This document shows, one piece after another, positions 58,602-64,000 of a DNA stretch of 64,000 nucleotides (the stretch's first letter is position 1; each line of letters starts with the position of its first letter). The DNA comes from Octopus vulgaris (Eukaryota), in the NCBI GenBank assembly GCA_951406725.2, contig OX597836.1, positions 12,214,001 to 12,278,000 of the forward strand, given 5' to 3'. Made by a program: the position numbers and the translations under genes. The notes under the pieces were generated by a model, which was not told the origin of the DNA, did no database searches, and saw only the letters and a program-made list of their open reading frames with translations.

Positions 58602-58762
58602 TACGACAGGCTTCTTTCAGTTTCCGTCTACCAAATCCACTCACAAGGCTTTGGTCGGCCGGAGGCTATAGTAGAAGACACTTGCCCAAGGTGCCACGCA
58701 GTGGGACTGAACCCGGAACCATGTAGTTGGTAAGCAAGCTACTTATCACACAGCCACTCCTA
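58092..58762 (-). mobile_element. SINE family A interrupted by an RTE 3' fragment; further family A copies follow to ~59455
   Basis: Tail at 58092, head ending cagccactcct at ~58760; RTE tail inserted in its TA tract. Confidence 0.85.
58312..58567 (-). mobile_element. RTE LINE 3' fragment nested in the (TA)n of a SINE
   Basis: Near-identical to the reverse complement of ~22370-22618; TA runs on both sides. Confidence 0.9.
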
Positions 58763-60005
58763 CTCTCTTTATTTGTTTCAGTCATTTGACTGTGGCCATG
58801 CTGGAGCACTGCCTTTAGTCGAGCAAATTGGCCCCAGGACTTATTCTTTGTAAGCCTAGTACTTATTCTATCGGTCTATTTTGCCGAACTGCAAAGTTAC
58901 GAGAGACATAAATACACCAGCATCGGTTGTCAAGCGATGCTGGGGGGGGAGGGGAAAAACACAGACGCACACAAACACACACACACACATATATATATAC
59001 ATATATACGACGGGCTTCTTTCAGTTTCCGGCACTTATGTTATACCAAACTTTCTTGGAGTGGTTTAGGTACAAGCAGTGTGTGTGTGTATGTGCATGCA
59101 TATAGATATATTCTTTTACCTGTTACAGTTGTTTGTCTGTGACCATGCTGGACCACTGCCCTGAAGGGTTTTAGCCAAACAAATCAACTCCAGGACTTTT
59201 TTTTTTTAAAGCCTAGTATTTATTTTATCAGTAACTTTTGCCGAACTGCTACTGCACAGGGACATAAACACACACATAAACATATATATAGCTTTATACG
59301 AGTGGTTTCTTCGAGTTTCCATGTGCCAAATCCACTCACAAGGCTTTGGTCGACACGAGGCTATAGTAGAGGACACTTGCCCAAGGTGCCATGCTGTGGG
59401 ACTGAACCCAGAACCATGTGGTTGGGAAGCAAGCGTCCTACCACACAGCCACGCCTGCTCTTTATGCATACATATACAAACCTATACCGGCATTCAAATA
59501 TGTATCTATATATATACGCACACACACACATACACACACATACAAGAGCTCATGTGTATGTATGTATACAAAGGCTTTCTGTTTGATTTACACCCTTTGA
59601 ATTCTTTAATAAACTAATTAAATTTGATTACTCATCCTCATACAATTATTCACTTGTTGAGAGAGAGAGAGAGAAAGGTTAAGAGAGAGAAATAGAGAGA
59701 TGCCAAATAGTACATTCCTTTCACGCCATCCACCGTAGATGTTAGATTACTAACGATGATAACGAAGATGATGAGGACGATAACAATGACAGAACCAACA
59801 ACTGGGAGTGGAATGAGTAATCCTCGAATATGTGTGAGCGTGTGTGTGTGTGGTAAGAATCTTGCTTCTGAATCTCATGGTTCTGGGTTCAGTCCCACTG
59901 CATGGCACTTTGGGCAAGTCTCTTCTATGGCCTCAGGTTGACCAAAGCTTTGTGAGTGGATTTGGTAAACAGAAACTGAAAGAAGCCCATTGTGTGTATA
60001 TATAT

Positions 60006-60144
60006 GTGGAAAAGAATAGTACTCAAATACCGGAGGTAGAGTAATATGCTTTATTATAATTACAACTGCACGACGAATGGAATGTGAAACTCTGAGTCGT
60101 AGTTTTTTGTGATTTTTTTTTGCTGCTTTTATAATAAAGTATAT
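60006..60144 (+). mobile_element. Penelope-like pLTR fragment with degenerate hammerhead fold, inserted in SINE (TA)n
   Basis: 16-bp inverted repeat (60044-60059 / 60129-60144, 1 mismatch) around a hammerhead-like motif at 60064-60104. Confidence 0.55.
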
Positions 60145-60234
60145 ATATATATATGTGTGCGTGTGTGTGTGTCTTTGTGTCTGTATTTGTCCCCACCAGT
60201 ACTCCTTGACCTAAAGTGTCCTTTGCTTTCTTAA

Positions 60235-60455
60235 CCCTTTCGTTACCAACCCAGCCAAAACTGGCTTAGGTTCTGTAGTACAAATGTCTTGTTTTCATAA
60301 GTTTTGCATTAAAATATACCACCAAACCTTAGTCACAATTTATATACCTAGCACTAGCTTAATGATAATGAAGTTATTTTACTAAATTCTTTGTTATATT
60401 TAAAATAATTGAAAGAAACACAGAGCATCTCAAAATAAATACCGTAACAAAAGGA
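60235..60455. mobile_element. piggyBac-like MITE family 1, opposite orientation
   Basis: ttaa|ccctttcgttacc ... gtaacaaaagga|ttaa; interior is the reverse complement of 24781-24988. Confidence 0.85.
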
Positions 60456-61071
60456 TTAAGTCAGTAGGGTATGACTTGAGGGGGATTTGACTGCTTTTTC
60501 CAGTAGGTTGTTCTACTGGCATGCGGAGGCTCCCTCATTTTGTCTCTCTGTAGTTACTTTATCTGCTTCTAAATCTCCCTGACAAAATCCCACCCTCACC
60601 CCCGTTGCCACTGCCTGTCAGGCAGGGCCCTGTTGGAGGCCTAGGTACAAGGAACTGCTTCCTCTCAATAAAGACAAGATTGTCATAACAAGAACACTCG
60701 CTCGATTGTGTGTGTTTGTTTTGGACCACCCTACTCGAGGCCTTATCTTGAAAATCTAAGGAAAGGGCCTCTCTGTGCTGTTGCTGCCTGATCCTTCCAG
60801 AAATGGTAATCTGCCTCCAGAAACAATATCTGTTTACTGGCTTAGGTGTGGTTGTGTGGTTGAGAAGCCTGCTTCAGAATTCTGGGGTTCAATCCCACTG
60901 CATGGCACCTTGGGCAAATATCTTCTAATGTATCAAACTTTGGTTAAGTGCCAATGAACGAAACTCTAGGACCATAAGTCACTCTGTTGCTGTTATTAAA
61001 TATTAATAAAAATACACATATACTCATATATTGAGTTCTATTTTTTTTTTTTTTTGCATAACCATCAAGAT

Positions 61072-61335
61072 AGGTGCAGGAGTGGCCGTGTGGTAAGTAG
61101 CTTGTTTACCAACCACATGGTTCCAGGTTCAGTCCCACTGTGGCACCTTGGGCAAGTGTCTTCTACTATAGCCTCTGGCTGACCAAAGCCTTGTGAGTGG
61201 ATTTGGTAGACGGAAACTGAAAGAAGCCTGTCGTATATGTGTATATATATATATATGTGTGTGTCTGTGTTTGTCCCCCTAGCATTGCTTGACAACCAAT
61301 GCTGGTGTGTTTATGTCCCCAGTCACTTAGTGGAT
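61072..61335 (+). mobile_element. SINE family A, 3'-truncated
   Basis: ggtgcaggagtggccgtgtggtaagtagcttg... Confidence 0.8.
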
Positions 61336-61626
61336 CAACAATGATCCTGCTCACAAAGGGCAGGTGCTCTCTCCCAGCTGACTTCTCTTGCATATAGGTG
61401 GCATGCTGAAAGGAGAACAAACCAACCCATTCACCTGGGTGGTCATTCCCACCAATCTCACTCACCTCTCAACAAATTCATAGAAGAACCACACCTTTGC
61501 CTCTCTCTCTGCACTCACCTTCCTCTCCAAGTGCACTTTGTAGTAGTAGTAATAGTAGTAGTAGTAGTAGCAGCAGTGGCAATGGTGGTGGTGGTAGTAG
61601 TAGTAGCAGCAGCAGCAGCGGTCGCA

Positions 61627-61657
<31 letters not shown>

Positions 61658-62491
61658 AATTATTAAGTGTGGAAGAACAAAATATTGTCCCCTTGGGTGT
61701 TGTCTGGTGGTTATCACCAATGTTATGGAATTGAAGAATTTTGTTTGATTTTTTTTTGAGGTTTTCTTTTGTTTTTTTGTTGTTTTTTTTCATTCTTGTT
61801 GCAGTCTACGTTGTTCAGTGTTTGACCAGTTGTTCGGTTTGTCAGTCGGTCAGTTGCTTGGCTGGTTGATAGGTGGGTTTGTCAGTCAGTCGGTCGGTTG
61901 GTACTCGTTTATGTGATTGAAGCGAGGAAACAAAAAGAAAAGTTAAAAAAAAAAAAAAAAACCTAAAAAAGAAAAGAAACTAGTTGCGTAAGAAAGCATC
62001 ACCACTTTAGCAATTAGTTTTCCCAGCGCTTGCTGCATGGCTTTTAATCAAAGATGTAAGAGATCTTTAACTCGGAGCTATAATTGTCGACAGCCCATCC
62101 ATCCATCCATCCATCCATCCATCTTTAGCTTAGTGTCATTCATTTATTCAAAGTTTTTCCTCTTTATTTATAGGTACTGAATACCATCTTTTTTCTTACG
62201 CCACAGTCATCATCATCATTATCATCGTTGTCATCATCATTACAACAACAACAAAATGCTTTGTAGCGTTCCATCAGTCGTTGTTATGTTCAGAAGAGTT
62301 CAAATCTCGCCGAGGTCGACTTTGCCTTTTAACCTTTACGGGGGTTGATAAATTAAGTACCAATTAAACATTGGGGTCAGTGTAATCAACTAGTCCCCCT
62401 CCCCCCCAAATTTCAAGCCTTGCACTTTTAGGAGAAGGTTCATAATTATTATCATTATCATTATTATTATTATTATCATTATTATTATTAT

Positions 62492-62657
62492 TGAGTGAGA
62501 GAGCAGTTCATGCCATCAAAGTGACACTGGGGTAAAATATACGAAGCCCAATATACCCATCATGACTACCCGTCTGATAAGGGTACACCAGGCACATGCA
62601 TCACAACCATATGTGCGCGATATTGTGATCTCATATCAAGATAAGCAGCACATGACC

Positions 62658-62659
<2 letters not shown>
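62492..62659 (-). mobile_element. 5'-truncated copy of the (TAA)n-embedded retroposon
   Basis: tgagagagcag..atgccatcaaagtgacactggggtaaaatatacgaagccc shared with 32807 onward. Confidence 0.65.
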
Positions 62660-62710
<51 letters not shown>

Positions 62711-62878
62711 AGTTCAAATTCTGCCGAGGTTGACTTTGCTTTTCATCCTTTTGAAGTCAATTAAGTACCAGTTGAGTACTGGGGGCCAATGTTCCTGTGA
62801 AATTGTGGGCCTTGTGTCAAAATTTGAAGCCATTATTATTGTTGTTGTTGTTGTTGTTATTATTATTATTATTATTAT

Positions 62879-62912
<34 letters not shown>

Positions 62913-63570
62913 TGCCATAGTAGTAGTGCAACCACTAGCATTGCCATTCGCGCTTCATCATCTTAATTTGTTCGTATCTCCCACCTCTCCTCTGATTGTT
63001 TCCTTGTACACTTTTGTCTCTTTCTCTTTGTCAGTCTCCCTTGTGATGAAACCTATGTATACACACACAACAACAACAACAACAACATCGCATTTTAAGG
63101 GAGACTTTCCTTTCCCTTCTTCCATAGGAAACCATACTTGTGCTTTGTTATAGAGTAGGTACATGGCACTTGTTGACAGCTTCAACAATGATCTCTTGCT
63201 GTGGAGGCACTTTGAAGCAATCTCTCTCTTTCTGTGCATAATTGCGTGGGTGTGTGCATGCATGTATATATGTCGATGTGTTGTGTGTCCACTTGTGTGT
63301 GCGTGGGTGACTGTGCTTGTGTGTGAAGTGGGAGTCAAGATGCAACAGTGCAATATCTATCTAAACGTTGCATGTTCTCAGCTTTTGTATAAAGGCATTT
63401 CTATGGCTTTAGCATATGCTCATGTGTGTATAGTGCGAGTGTATATAATATATATGTATGTATGTATGCATAAGCGTCAATCAAATGGGAGAGCCTCTTC
63501 CGTATTCTTTCAAAGCAAGCAACAGTATCATGTAACTCAACTTGCTAGAAATAGCAGCCAGAATCTCCTT

Positions 63571-63715
63571 TAATCCTTTAGCATTTAAACCTGTTATATC
63601 CGGCCAAATTATCCTACATGTTCTATGTTCAAACTGGCCAGATCTGGCCTTTCATACCTGCTCTGCAACATCATTCTAAAAATGAATATTATCAAAATCT
63701 CAAATCACATTATCA
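63571..63715. mobile_element. MITE family 2 fragment (reverse orientation)
   Basis: ttaatcctttagcatttaaacc...ccagatctggcc...tcattctaaaa is the reverse complement of the family 2 right half. Confidence 0.65.
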
Positions 63716-63804
63716 AACTTTCAAAGCGACCATGATAATGCTTGATTTTTGTGAAACATTGTGAATTAATAAGTATTTACATTTGACAAAATAATCTGAA
63801 CAAT

Positions 63805-63972
63805 AAACACCCACTACACTCACGGAGTGGTTGGCGTTAGGAAGGGCATCCAGCTGTAGAAACACTGCCAGATCAGACTGGAGCCTTGTGCAGCCCCTGG
63901 CTTCCCAGACCCCAGTCGAACCGTCCAACCCATGCTAGCATGGAAAACGGACGTTAAACGATGATGATGATG
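63805..63972 (+). mobile_element. RTE LINE 3' fragment
   Basis: cacccactacactcacggagtggttggcgttagg...gacgttaaacgatgatg. Confidence 0.88.
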
Positions 63973-64000
63973 AATAATGGGTTAATTCACACATTACCTT

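Overview
AT-rich, repeat-saturated eukaryotic non-coding DNA. The repeat families (tRNA-headed SINEs with GAGTAAAA tails, RTE-clade LINE 3' ends with (GAT)n tails, very dense TA/CA/GATA/TAA microsatellites) look like those of an Octopus (coleoid cephalopod) genome; this is an inference, not a database result. No host protein-coding exon can be supported, and nearly all ORFs in the track are microsatellite translations. The only convincing coding sequence is the C-terminal end of an RTE LINE ORF (20361-20876), plus a very decayed CR1/L2-like relic near 51 kb. Most notable observations: (1) a 3'SS/5'SS fusion (polyY-CAG|GTAAGT, 29878/29879) that looks like a recursive-splicing ratchet point inside a SINE-free island; (2) degenerate minimal hammerhead-ribozyme folds in short Penelope-like inserts embedded in (TA)n (60064-60104, 3911-3945); (3) a HINE/pearl-like element carrying a 6 x 102-bp array; (4) a Helitron inserted cleanly at A|T inside a piggyBac-like MITE; (5) a 726-bp pure GTT/GCT array with higher-order structure; (6) a compact Meis/Pax3-7-like motif cluster. 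Boundaries of degenerate repeats are approximate.
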